NCBI GenBank assembly: GCA_951406725.2
Contig: OX597825.1
Span: 79,980,001-80,044,000 of the forward strand
Length of the DNA: 64,000 bases
Reading direction: 5' to 3'
From: Octopus vulgaris
Taxonomy: Eukaryota
The position numbers and the translations under genes are program-made. Positions 52,172-64,000 of this stretch are shown piece by piece (the stretch's first letter is position 1; every line of letters begins with the position of its first letter). A model generated the notes under the pieces. It saw nothing but the letters and a program-made list of their open reading frames with translations, made no database searches and had not been told where the DNA came from.

Positions 52172-52776
52172 TCAGTGGTTGTCAACCGGGGCTAAAGTGA
52201 CTTTAGGGAGTCCATTTAGGATTCTGTTGTTAAAATCTATCTACAATAAATTGGTTTTACTTCTACAATGCACAATATATTCTAACAGTTTTTTATACAA
52301 TTCTCTTGAAGTATCGGAACCTACCAGTGAACCGTCCCTTCCAACCTGTGGTGTTTGAGACTTTTGGAGGGGCTGGGCTGCTAACGACGAGGCTCTTGTC
52401 ATCGTTGGCGGCTCGCCTCATCGAGGTGTCAGGTGATGCCCGTGAGAATGATTGGCTTTTCCAACGCCTTAGCCTCGCCATTGCCCGTGGTAATGCCGCA
52501 AACGTGTCCTATTGCTGCAGTAGGTTCCGTTCAATCTTGTGGTGTACGACCAATTGAGCCACTTGGTATTGCATTGTTTGCTTGTTTTGTTTTCCTTTCT
52601 CCTTTTTTTTTCTACTTTTATAAAATATATCCCTTTTCACTGAATTGTTGCAAATTCTCAATGATATTTAATTATATAAAATATGATAGGATTTTTTTTA
52701 AATATCAAGAGTTCACCCGAGTAAGATTGGAATCAGGGCAGTCTATAGGTTAAAAGAAATTGGTTGAGAAACTCTG
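52172..52776. mobile_element. hAT-type MITE interrupted by a retrotransposon fragment
   Basis: Ends cagtggttgtcaacc / ggttgagaaactctg. Confidence 0.55.
52306..52557 (+). mobile_element. CRE-like non-LTR retrotransposon 3' end (restriction-like endonuclease C-terminus)
   Basis: KY...FQPVVFETFGG...LFQRLSLAIARGNAA is the characteristic C-terminus of CRE-type elements. Confidence 0.72.
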
Positions 52777-52959
52777 CTTTAAGCAAATACGAGCAAAATT
52801 TAATCTTGGAATTTAAAAAAAAAAGGGTAATTTAAATAAAATATATTTTGAACACTGCAGTAGGTCGCGCGCGCGCACATACATACACACACGCACACAC
52901 ATACGCACACGCACATATACACACACATGCAGTAACGCATGTATGCATTCATGTAGTCT

Positions 52960-53140
52960 TTTATTTGTTTCAATCATTTGACTGCGGCCATGCTGGAGCA
53001 CTGCCTTTTCGTCGAACAGATCGACCCCAGGACTTACTCTTTGTAAGCCTAGTGCTTATTCTATCGGTCTCTTTTGCCGAATAGCTAAGTTACGGGGACA
53101 TAAACACACCAGCAGCGGTTGTCAAGCGATGGTGGAAAGA

Positions 53141-53198
<58 letters not shown>

Positions 53199-53335
53199 CG
53201 ACGAGCTTCTTTCAGTTGCCGTCTACCAAATCCACTCACAAGGCTTTGGTCGGCTCGAGGCTATAGTAGAAGACACTTGCCCAAGGTGCCACACAGTGGG
53301 ACTGAACCCGGAACCATGTGGTTCGTAAGCAAGAT
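52960..53335 (-). mobile_element. SINE family A with internal (CA)n
   Basis: Close to consensus, CpGs intact. Confidence 0.78.
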
Positions 53336-53619
53336 ACTTTATTTCATTTCATTGGCCATGAAGGCCGTATACAGAGGGAGTAACTTGCGGGCTGGACAAA
53401 AAAACATTAACGTGATGAGTGATGAAAAAGATGGTATAAATGGAGAAGGCAAAAGACGCCCACCGATCTTCTGCTTCTCTAAAACATTGTTCTTTTTTGT
53501 TCCAAAACAAAAAACAACAAAACGAGGTATTAAACCTCTTACCTGAGTTCTACGATGAGCCTCTTGCAAACAATAAAAATTTAGGCATTAAAGCCTCTTT
53601 ATCCTTCCTCCCCGACCAG

Positions 53620-54160
53620 GCCGTATGACTCCTGCAGGTCGGGGCCCCAGAAGGTGAACCTAAACTGGTCCTTCGGAAAGGAGTCCATCACCCTGAACAT
53701 ATCGACGTCCGATATGACCTCCGTAGTCACCTGCAGTGACACTTGGGGCGGGGGGGGCGTCCCTCAAGAATCACCGGATACCTAGAACTGGCCATTCTCA
53801 AAAAATCTGGGAAAACCAGATTATTGGCTGATTGGGTCCACAGGGTCAAAACCACTTTTGACCCCACCCAATCAGCCGCGGGCAGAAATTTAACATTTAG
53901 GAGCTTGGCACCGCTACCACCCAGACCCCGGTGGATAGTGTCTTCTATCCAGTTGGGTTCTATCCCGGGTGGCAGCCCACAGACCCAAGCTCTTGTTAAT
54001 TTCTTCCTACAATATGTGGGAAGAAACACAATCTTTTGCCCTTCTAAGGGCTGGCTTGCAAATTTGCGAGCCACCTCAGGGGTGTCAAATAGCAACCACA
54101 CCGTTGCGTACTTGACACCCCTGGCAATAAACTTAATAGTTGGCAGATATTCTGCCAACT
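53620..54160 (-). mobile_element. Tx1/L1-type ORF1 (gag-like) fragment
   Basis: 143-aa ORF with RRM-like segments (VWLLFDTPEVA, VCGLPPGIEPNWI), ending PVILEGRPPRPKCHCR at a broken zinc knuckle. Confidence 0.55.
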
Positions 54161-54712
54161 CTTTTTCAATTTCAACGTGTATTATAACTAATTTCGCGTA
54201 ATATAAGAGAAATGAGTTTAAAATTGTTTGATAAGTGTCACAATGCTCTTTTTTATGTACTCGTTCCCCCTAACTCTAGAACCTGGCTATGCCTCTTGTC
54301 CCTGCATAGACAACCAACCACATCATAAATAGATCAACACTGGGTGTCTTAAACTCGTGGGGCCCTCGAGGCACTGCGCAATGTTTCCATTGTTTCAATA
54401 CGATACTATTGACAGTATGTACGAAATGTTAGCACTACAGGTTTCTGCACCGTTTCCTGCTAGTGCAGTTTTGGATAATCACTACGAATATATCAGAAAA
54501 TATAACCCTCAGGTCAGGAGTTAATAGTTTATCGGCCAAAAGATGGAGTGTGTTGCTTAACGACTTCATACCAACAAGCCAGGTGAACTTTTAGAGGATA
54601 AAGTTTACAGTGTCAGTATGTTTAAACGTAGCATTGTGTTAGAAATGGGAGATATTCCATTGTGAAAGGAGAGACACGCCTTTATGATTAATGCTTGAGC
54701 TTTTTAAAAGGT

Positions 54713-54767
54713 TAATAATAATAATAATAACAATAATAATAATCATAAAATAATAATAATAATAATG

Positions 54768-54831
<64 letters not shown>

Positions 54832-54839
54832 TGATAATG

Positions 54840-54902
<63 letters not shown>

Positions 54903-54908
54903 GTAATA
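54713..54908. repeat. (AAT)n microsatellite
   Basis: About 65 triplets. Further (AAT)n at 55318-55453, 56010-56038 and 56370-56459. Confidence 0.95.
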
Positions 54909-55316
54909 ACTTGTTTGTTAATAGATATATCTGCTCCACAAGATCAAAATGTCTCAAGAAAGAAATACGAAAAGCTATAAAAATTTCGCTATAAAAATCT
55001 GCAAATTGAAATCACAAAACAATGGATGCTTAGTACTATGATAATACCAGTAGTAATTGGTGCGTTGGAAATGATAAAGAAGGGAGCGGATAAGTATATT
55101 AAGCAACTGCCTGGTAACTCCAATCTCCTTGAACTACAAAAGATAACCTTGATGGGTACAGCCCATATACTACAGAAAGCATTCTCCATCTAATATGGAA
55201 TAAATGTGATGATAATTTTAGCATGCAGAGCAAAACAAAAGTGCCCTTGCTACTCTTGGCCTCTGGAGGATGCCCGGTACTAAGGCAGCAGAAATAAAGT
55301 TATAATGGAAGGAAAC

Positions 55317-55317
<1 letters not shown>
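54909..55317 (+). mobile_element. R4/Dong-clade retrotransposon 3' end inserted in (TAA)n
   Basis: TCLLIDISAPQDQNV...K*KFRYKNLQIEITKQW...IIPVVIGALEMI...LQKITLMGTAHILQKAFSI* (RLE domain C-terminus), flanked on both sides by long (AAT)n. Confidence 0.75.
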
Positions 55318-55379
<62 letters not shown>

Positions 55380-55397
55380 TAATAATAATAATAATAA

Positions 55398-55453
<56 letters not shown>

Positions 55454-55455
<2 letters not shown>

Positions 55456-56009
55456 GCCCTGATGCAGTACCAGGCAGTGGCTCTCATGGCTTCTGATCTT
55501 AACTGATTGGAAGTGTTATCATGTACATTGTTCTGTCTTGGTATAAAAGATGGGCTACAGCAAATATTCTGCTCAATACCACAGATTTGCCTGTCAGTTG
55601 TTTGACTTTAACCAATTGAGCATGTCCCTTAGTGGCTGACGACATGTGCATCTCTGATCACGAGCAGAAGTAGTGGGGGAGCATCATAGCCATGTGTTGA
55701 GAGGGATTCTTTGGGGTTTGAATAATTCACCTCTGGAGACATGGGTGGTTTTTTCAACATCCTTAAACAACCCTTATTCAGGGACCGTTTGAGCGGGATG
55801 GGCTACTCAACCTGAAGAAAATTCTAACTGAGCCCCACCTGCAAGGTCATGTGCAGTTTATCTTGATATGAGATCACTATGTCGCGCACATATGGTTGTG
55901 ATGCATGTGCCTGGTGTGCCCTTATCAGACGGGTAGTCATGATGGGTATATTGGGCTTCGTATATTTTACCCCAGTGTCACTTTGATGGCATGAACTGCT
56001 CTCTCACTC
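55454..56009. mobile_element. About 556-bp non-coding element embedded in (TAA)n
   Basis: Sharp boundaries with (AAT)n on both sides, higher GC than the flanks, no ORF. Confidence 0.55.
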
Positions 56010-56044
56010 AATAATGATAATAATAATAATAATAATAAAAGTGT

Positions 56045-56369
56045 AAAGACCCCCTTCGGTCATGAATGACCATGGGATTGCACCACCTAGAAAGTTCCCT
56101 TCCAAGGCACAAGTCCGGGCAAGATTGTTTATGGAAGAGCAACAGTCGCCCATATATAACAGCCACCCCTCTCCGCGCCACTGATGTTATCCAAGGTAAA
56201 GGCAAAGGGGCCGATACAGCTTGGCACCTGTGACGTCACAACTCATTTCTACAGCTGAGTGAACTGGAGCAACGCGAAATAAAGTGTCTTGCTCAAGAAC
56301 ACAACACACAGCCCGGTCCGGGCTCGTGATTATGAGCCCGGCGCTCTGACCACTGAGCCATACGCCTTC
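56045..56369 (-). mobile_element. tRNA-derived SINE family D
   Basis: Minus-strand head gaaggcgtatggctcagtggtcagagcg... and core cttgagcaagacactttatttcgcgttgctccagttcactcagctg. Relatives at about 56950-57270, 62410-62613 and 12225-12440. Confidence 0.7.
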
Positions 56370-56427
56370 AATAATAATAATAATAATGATAATGATGATA
56401 ATAATAATAATAATAGTAATAATAATA

Positions 56428-56458
<31 letters not shown>

Positions 56459-57907
56459 TCCTTTTTACTAAAGGCACAAAGCCTGACATTTTGAGAGAGG
56501 AGATAAGTCGATTACATCGACCCCAGTGTTTCACTGGTACTTATTTTATCGACTCCGAAAGGATGAAAGGCAAAGTCGACCTCGGTGGAATTTGAACTCG
56601 GACCGTAGACACGAACGAAATGCTGCTAAGCATTCTGTCCAGTGCGCTACCGATTCTGTCAACTCGCCGTCTTCAAGCAAAAATAAAATATTGAAGAAAA
56701 GACGAAGATATGTTGCAGAAAACTACGAAACCAGATTATAAATTAAATCAGAGACGAAAGTGGAAACTTTTGAGCGAAATTTGGTGGATGAGAGCCATTT
56801 TTACAGAGATATTCCATGGAAAAAAGAGCAAGGGACGAAACAAGAACGCCCTGCATAAATATAGACGATGGAGTGGTGACTCTGCAAGGCCAATCAACCT
56901 TCTAGAAATAGTCCCCAACTCATCCTCATATCACACTCAACCGCATTAACTAAGTGGTACTCGGTTGGTAACGACGAGGGTTCCAGTTGATCCGACCAAC
57001 AGAAGAGCCTGGTCGTGAAATGAACGTGCAAGTGGCTGAGTACTCCGCAGAGATGACTAACCTTAACGTGGGTGGTTCTCATGAAGATTCAATGTGACAC
57101 AGAATGTGACAAAGCTGACCCTTTGAATTACTGGTACGACTCATTTTTGCTAGCTGAATGGACTGGAGCAGCGTGAAATAAAGTGTCTTGCTCAAGGATA
57201 CAGCGCGCCTCCGGGAATCGAACTCACGACCTTACGATCGTAAACCGAATACTCCTAACCACTAGGCCAGGCCCTTTCTCTCCTACTATGCTAGCACGAG
57301 AAGAACTGCTTTTAGCAATGTAGTTCTTCATAAACGGTAGGAAGTGATGGTCACAAATGGAATGTGTTTGATCATAGGTCTGTTTAATCAGGGCTGACAT
57401 GGGACTTACCAACAACGTAATAATGCTTTCTAATCTAGGCACAAGGCTAGCGGCAATTTTTGAGGGCAGGGGTTAGCTGATTACATCAATCCTAGTAGTG
57501 GACTGTTATTTTATTTTACTGACTCTTGGAGGATAAAAAGCAAAGTTGACTTCGGCGGGATTTGAACTCGCAACAACATAATGGTAATAAATGAAGACAT
57601 CAAAGCATTCGTAGTTTATAAAAGGAACTGGGAAAACTCCAAGAAACTGTTCAGATCGGTAAATGTGAAAGTGAAAGTAGGGCTGTAACAAAAACTTCGG
57701 AGAACAGCAAATGAACGTGTGTGTGTGTTGTGTGTTTAACAGAGAGGGAGATGACCAGACAGACAGGGAGAGGTGGAGATAATATATTGTATGAATAATG
57801 TATAATTCCCGGCTGTTGTATGGCTTATTTGATGGCAGTCCATCAGCGTGGCCACCCACCACTGGCTGGAACCAGTAATAGAGAATAAAGAATTATATAA
57901 ATATTTT

Positions 57908-57919
57908 ATGTGTGTGTGT

Positions 57920-57994
<75 letters not shown>

Positions 57995-58008
57995 AGTGTT
58001 CGTGTGTG
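57908..58008. repeat. (TG)n microsatellite
   Basis: Directly visible. Confidence 0.95.
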
Positions 58009-59997
58009 TCTATGCTTTAAACAAAAGAAATTTTATATTCTTTTTCTCTATTGCTAGACATGGCTACCCAGACCAGTTGTTTCTGCTTCATTGAAATTAC
58101 TCGCAATTCAAGGAGAGGTCAAAATCAAAATCATTCTGTTAGTATTGCTGCTGCTGTTATTGTTACTCAAATAGGTTCCAGCCGTAACCATCTCGTCTTT
58201 TTGTAATCGATCTTCAGTCGAAGCTGCCAAAAAGGCCTTCATGGTACCTTTAGATGGTGTAGTGGTCTGTCTGTATCATGGTTGTGGAGCCGTCTAATGT
58301 GACTCTACTCAGAAGGCTGTAATATCATTTGACAGGAACACGGTATAAAGAATATATATAAAGCAAGGCTGTAACTTTAAATATCTTTAATGCCGGCCAC
58401 ACTTATATTTACAGGCTGAGTGATAAATGGAAATGGTTTGATGCGTGGAGGCCATGATCTCCTGTGCGTTGCCCCCTGTTTGCTGGTTGGCGTATGGTAT
58501 GAGAGAACGAACTAGATCGCGTCTTTGCTCCACGACCTCAAGATGTCAAAAGAGGAAGAGGTGAGTCTCTGAACCTTAGCGTTGCATATTCCCTCTGTTG
58601 TGCAACTAATTAGGCAGCCGCCGTCAGAGGCAGTAACTGCGCCAACATACCTAATCTTATAGCGATACTAAATGCGTACAGGCAGGGACGGACTGTACTT
58701 AAAAGTTCTCGCTGGAAAACATGTAGAAGGACCCGCCTAATCTTGAAATTTAGCAAAAGAATCATATAAAAGCTATACTTTTAAGTAGCAAAGAAGCCGC
58801 AATACGTATCCTCGCCACAACATATATATACACAGCGAAATATATAATTATTCATATACAGTTGAATGATATAGACACCATATGAATTAAAATTTTAATC
58901 CTTTAACAAACCGCATATTTTTAAAAGCTCAGTTAGCCCAAACAGCAAGCAACGGGAAAAGCTGTTTCTAGTTTTCCACTAAAGTTTTTAGTATGCGCAG
59001 AAGTTGCAACAAGTTAATCATTTTTGATGTTTACTAACGTAAAAATTCTCGAATATCTCATTTGATAGCATGAAGCTATTTTTAACTTATTGAAAGTGTC
59101 TTTGCAACTGACTTGCGTGAATGAGGGTCTAAAAGGTATTTATAAGCTAAGAACGAATTCGGGTGCACAGATTTGGGCAATGAATAATTATGATTATATA
59201 AGATACGAAACAACAAAGCAAACAATTTTTACAGGACTTTCCAGAAAAAAACGAACTTGAATTTACTGTCAAGATGAATTTGGACAATGTGCAGCTCTGA
59301 TTTTAAGGGTCCGTTTGCTGCAAGTTGTTCATTTAAAATTTTCGAAAGGTGATCGAAGTCTAGGATAACAGACTGCATACGATTCCTCTTTAAGTTCTTA
59401 TTTGTCCAAACCGAGACGATTGCAAATTTTTCTCAATTTTTCTGCGGCAGTCAATCTTCCTTGAGTTCCTTAAAACGGTGAGGATCGAAACATCTTGTGT
59501 CTTTTAGTTTCACAATTATTAGAAAGTCGTTTACCAATATTTGTTGTGATTTTGGTCAATCACTCGATGAAGCAGCTCTATCATGTTGTAAATCCATTAG
59601 ATCATTAATCCCTTAATCCTTATTTCTTTCCTCAGACATTTGCTTCTGTCTTGATGTTCTTACTCTACCGATTTCCCACTCAATTGTAAAAGAACTTTTT
59701 TCACCATCAAACATTCTAATGCGTTCCTTCAATGAATTTTATTCTTTTCTTGTTATAGTAATTGTGTTTCCAGCGTTTAAAAAGTTTTAAAACCACTTTC
59801 GCATTTCCTACCATATTCCAAATATTCTCGGTCTCTTGGCCGTAAATATACCGAGAACCACATTGGGATTCTGTACCTACGAGAGATTCGCAATCTGAAG
59901 TTAGACGTTGATCAGACTATGGTGATTCAAAATTACCAAAGATACCTTCATGGACCGCATGTTTAACCAATCGCAAATGTGAACAGTACACCATAGA

Positions 59998-60023
59998 TGT
60001 GTGGTGTGTGTGTGTGTGGTGTG

Positions 60024-60087
<64 letters not shown>

Positions 60088-60103
60088 GTGTGTGCGTGTG
60101 TGT

Positions 60104-60182
<79 letters not shown>

Positions 60183-60200
60183 GATAGATAGATATAGATA
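59998..60200. repeat. Compound (GT)n-(GATA)n microsatellite
   Basis: Directly visible. Confidence 0.95.
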
Positions 60201-60203
60201 TAT

Positions 60204-61090
60204 AATTTGATATCATTTGGGATGCAAATATCACAGAAACTACAGAGTCAAAGCAAATGAAACTAAACAGGCTTAATGTTGAAAAACATAGGATTTATTC
60301 CTCCAAATTTGAATGAGGAATTCAAAGGTATGTGGATTCCATGAACGATTTCACATCGCCGGTCACATTTCCCTCAAAGAAAAACGGGCCATGAAAATGC
60401 TTCTTGGAGATGGCGCAGAACACATTCACTTTTGGTGAGTTCCTCTCATGCTCAACTGTGGCATGGGGATTTTCTTCGCCCCAAATGCGAACATTATGTT
60501 TAGTGACTTTGCCATTCGTATGAAATGTGGCCTCATCACTGAAAACAAGACGTTCCTTGAACTCGGCTTCTTCAAGTTTCTCTTGCATATCACCACAGAA
60601 TTGTTTGCGGTTTTGCTAATCATCTGCCGATATGGCCTCAACGAGCTGCAGTTTGTCGGGTTTCATTTGCAAGCGTATCCTCAGAACGCACCAAACTATC
60701 GTTGGAGGAATCTGGGTTTCCGGACTTGTTCTTCTTATCCGATGTTAGTGGTCGTCCAGATCCTTTTACCCTGCACAGGTAGCTTTCCTCTTTGAATTTT
60801 TTGTACCATGTCCAAATCTGCATTGCAATAGGTGACTTTTTTAGAGAACTCTCTCACAAATGCACGCTGCACAGTCTTGTTCGATTGTGTTCGAGAATTC
60901 TCCAGCAGACAAAACGCCTTTTCTCTTCCAGTGAATGCCATTTCTATGCCTGAAAAGATAAACATATCAAACATTAAACATAAAATTGTGACCTGTTTCT
61001 ACACAAGATGTCAAAGTTTGAAGTCATTTAAACAAGAACTGGTAAAGTTATTAGATTGCGAAATTATATCAAATTTTTTGAAACACTATG
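60204..61090 (-). mobile_element. Defective Tc1/mariner-superfamily transposon (Tc3/maT-like transposase pseudogene)
   Basis: From ATG 60941: MAFTGREKAFCLLE...TVQRAFVREF (HTH), WYKKFKE...GSGRP, then LVFSDEATFHTNGKV...NVRIWGEENP...SPKVNVFCAISK...GPFFF. Frameshifted, with the second and third catalytic Asp regions deleted. TA|catagtgtttcaaaaaatttgatat terminus; partial partner aatttgatat at about 60204. Confidence 0.85.
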
Positions 61091-61107
61091 TATATATATA
61101 TATATAA

Positions 61108-61318
61108 TCCTTTCCACCAAAGGCACAAGGCCTGGAATTTGGGAGAGGGAGACTAGTCGATTACATCGACCTCAATACTCAACTGGTACTTAATTTATCG
61201 ACCCCGAAATGATGAAAGGCAAAGTCGACCCCGGTGGGATTTGAACTCAAAACGTAAAGACGGACGAAATGCAGCTTGGCATTTCGCTCACCGTGCTAAC
61301 GATTCTGCCAGCTCGCCA
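61108..61318 (-). mobile_element. SINE family B
   Basis: Same core as the 34835 and 56460 copies. Confidence 0.75.
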
Positions 61319-61384
61319 TTATACAGTATTGCTTATATGAACACCAACTCATCATCATATTCATCATCATCATCATCATCACCT

Positions 61385-61395
61385 CTCTGTCTCTG

Positions 61396-61483
<88 letters not shown>

Positions 61484-61496
61484 CATACACACACAC

Positions 61497-61527
<31 letters not shown>

Positions 61528-61590
61528 TATATATGTATATGTATATACACACACACACAAATGTGTGTTATATATGTGTGTGTGTTTATG

Positions 61591-61640
<50 letters not shown>

Positions 61641-61648
61641 AATATATG

Positions 61649-61688
<40 letters not shown>

Positions 61689-61739
61689 GTGCATGTGTGT
61701 GCAGGTGTGTGTGTGTGCGTGTGTGTGTGTGTGTGTGTG
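61385..61739. repeat. Compound (CT)n/(AT)n/(CA)n/(GT)n microsatellite
   Basis: Directly visible. Confidence 0.95.
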
Positions 61740-62020
61740 ATCCAAGTTTTGAACAGACAACAGACATGGGTTTGCAAATGAAGTAGAATTGAAAGAGACT
61801 GAAGGGGTAGCTGGCTGTTTGAGGGAGGGAGGGAGGGGTTTGTAGGAACAGGGGAGAAATTAGATGAACCAACATGTGTTTTATCATTTGGCTGCTTGAG
61901 CTATTTTAGGAAAACGTACAACGTCTGACCATTAATCATTGACTAAAACTGAAGCGCAGACAAAAACTGTGGCGTGTTACATTAGGAGGAGTGAAACGAA
62001 AAGATTGATTATTATTGAGA

Positions 62021-62055
<35 letters not shown>

Positions 62056-62268
62056 GGCAGACAGAGAAGCAGTATTTAAGGAGGAAGGAGTAGAGAAAGG
62101 GGACGGGAACGAGGGAGAGGTAGGAAATATTCGGGGAATTTGGAAGCAAAAGAGATAAAAACACATCTCGGTCAATAATGATGAGTTCCATGTGGTCATT
62201 CACACTCGTGCTTGGAAGATATAGCAGCCAAATCTGTCTAAAATTATACTAACACCACCACGGCCGCC

Positions 62269-62383
<115 letters not shown>

Positions 62384-63715
62384 CCGTGGAGATTAGGGTC
62401 TGGGGTCTTTTGACTCATAGGGCGGCTACTCGGTTTCCTGTGGCATCTAAGTGACCAGGATCGCAATATACCCTTGGCTGAGTCGACTCATTTGCAGCTG
62501 AGGAAAATGAAGCGTTTTTGTTCAAGGACACAACGCACAGCTTCGCCTGGGAATCGAAACCACGAACTTGCGATCGAGCGTGCAACACTCTAACCAGTAG
62601 GCCAAGTACCTTCACCAAATTGCACCATATTGTTTGAAAAAAAGAAACCACCGATTCAACAATGTAGTCACAGAAGTACCAAAAAAAAAAAAACGAGATG
62701 ATCATGGATTGAACGCCTTCGTTAGGGTTAGCATTGTTTCATTTTAAAAGTTTCGATTATGTCTGTTGTCGGTTTCATTCCATAGTTAAGGTTGTTTAAA
62801 GTGTCACACTCGAGCACACGTCATGACAAACAGTCATATTATCGATAGCAATAGCAATTATAACTGATGCAGCGAGCGATGTCTTCCCACTGAAGAGGTC
62901 CAACGGACCGAATTCACGTGATACGGGAATTCGCGCGGCCATGACAGATGAATGTCGTCTGCTACGATCTATATGTCACCAAGCGGCCAAATGAGAAAGT
63001 CTCTCAAGGCTAATGACGCAGTATTCGATAGTCTAACAAGATATTCATGATAAGTTGAATATAAAGATTACCTTATGGCATTAGTACTGCTTCCCTCGCC
63101 AAGTTACTTATGATTTTACTCAACACATTCTCCTCTCAGATTCACACATTTATTGCAGTGGTTCTTCAGTTTTTCTAAACCCAGTCAAAGAACTTGGAAG
63201 GTTGGGCCTCCAACCAAGTTTTCACGATACTCTTAAAGCCAGGAACTTTTCAGCAGCCCCTCATATGGTACTTGCCTGGATACTTTATCCCTATCTATTT
63301 ATACAAAATAGAGAAAAAGTATACAGGCGGCTACCATACGCGCATTCAGTTATAACCCAGGTTATGACTAACCGCATTGCGTTGTACTTTTAGCGTGCTA
63401 TCTAACTCTAAATCTAACCCTAAACTCTAGACCCTAACCATAATCCAAACCCACCTCAGGTAATTTCACGGCGTACCCTACGCATACTACGATTGGCCGT
63501 ACACGCTAAGGTAACACCGTTATATATGCGATATGATATATTATATATAGCGGGCCAAGACAAATGTAAAAAAAAAAAAAATGAAAACGAGGCCATACAA
63601 AAACAAAAAATGGCTAATTCCCGTCCTGCATATGATTAAATGAAAATAAGCAAAGAAGCTAATTAGAAAATCTCTTATAAGAGATGAAAGTAGTAACTAT
63701 ACTGAGAAATAATGT

Positions 63716-63992
63716 TTGTCGCCACTTCAACATAGCTGCTCCGTACAAACCGACATTACTGCCATTTTTTAACCCCAAGAGGACGCTTCCTCTAGCTGGT
63801 TATCGTCGCAATCTGCACCCGATATATATTGCAAGCAGGGGAACTAGAAGATGGTATGGGTTCGCTCCCCTACTCGCAATATATATTGGTGCAGATTGCA
63901 TCGATAACCAACAAGAGGAGTCGTCCTCTTGGGGGTTAAAAAATGGCAGTAACGTCGGTTCGTACGGAACAGCCATGTTGAAGTGGCAACAA
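63716..63992. mobile_element. Hairpin MITE
   Basis: About 125-bp arms (ttgtcgccacttcaaca... / ...tgttgaagtggcaacaa) around a short loop. Confidence 0.8.
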
Positions 63993-64000
63993 TCTTTACT

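Noticed and set aside
54712-56595. Poly-Ile, poly-Leu and poly-Asn ORFs
   Set aside because: These are translations of (AAT)n microsatellites. Only the R4/Dong segment is real (decayed) coding sequence.
60448-60795. 115-aa + strand ORF
   Set aside because: Antisense shadow of the transposase pseudogene.

Overview
AT-rich, repeat-dense eukaryotic DNA, most likely from an octopus (inferred from SINE families and microsatellite load that resemble what I know of Octopus genomes). Two convergent spliced genes can be rebuilt from the sequence. (1) + strand: the last nine coding exons (180-13525, about 470 codons, 5' end upstream of the window) of a ZMYND15/MSS51-family MYND zinc-finger gene. (2) - strand: a complete 324-aa GRHPR-like D-2-hydroxyacid dehydrogenase in three exons (49620-49416, 20982-20812, 20300-19702) with a 28.4-kb first intron. 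Its cofactor loop carries an Asp (NADH-type), so it may be the cephalopod D-lactate dehydrogenase. The big intron holds four exact copies of a nuclear-receptor-like 13-mer (CAAGGTGAAGGTC), a 925-bp nested foldback palindrome and a SINE > mariner MITE > Mutator MITE nest. The rest is tRNA-derived SINEs, MITEs (piggyBac-, mariner-, hAT- and Mutator-type), decayed LINE fragments (CR1, RTE, Tx1, CRE, R4/Dong in (TAA)n), a broken Tc1/mariner-superfamily transposase and microsatellites. I found no CRISPR array, rRNA or true tRNA. Repeat boundaries are approximate and family names come from motif recognition, not database searches.
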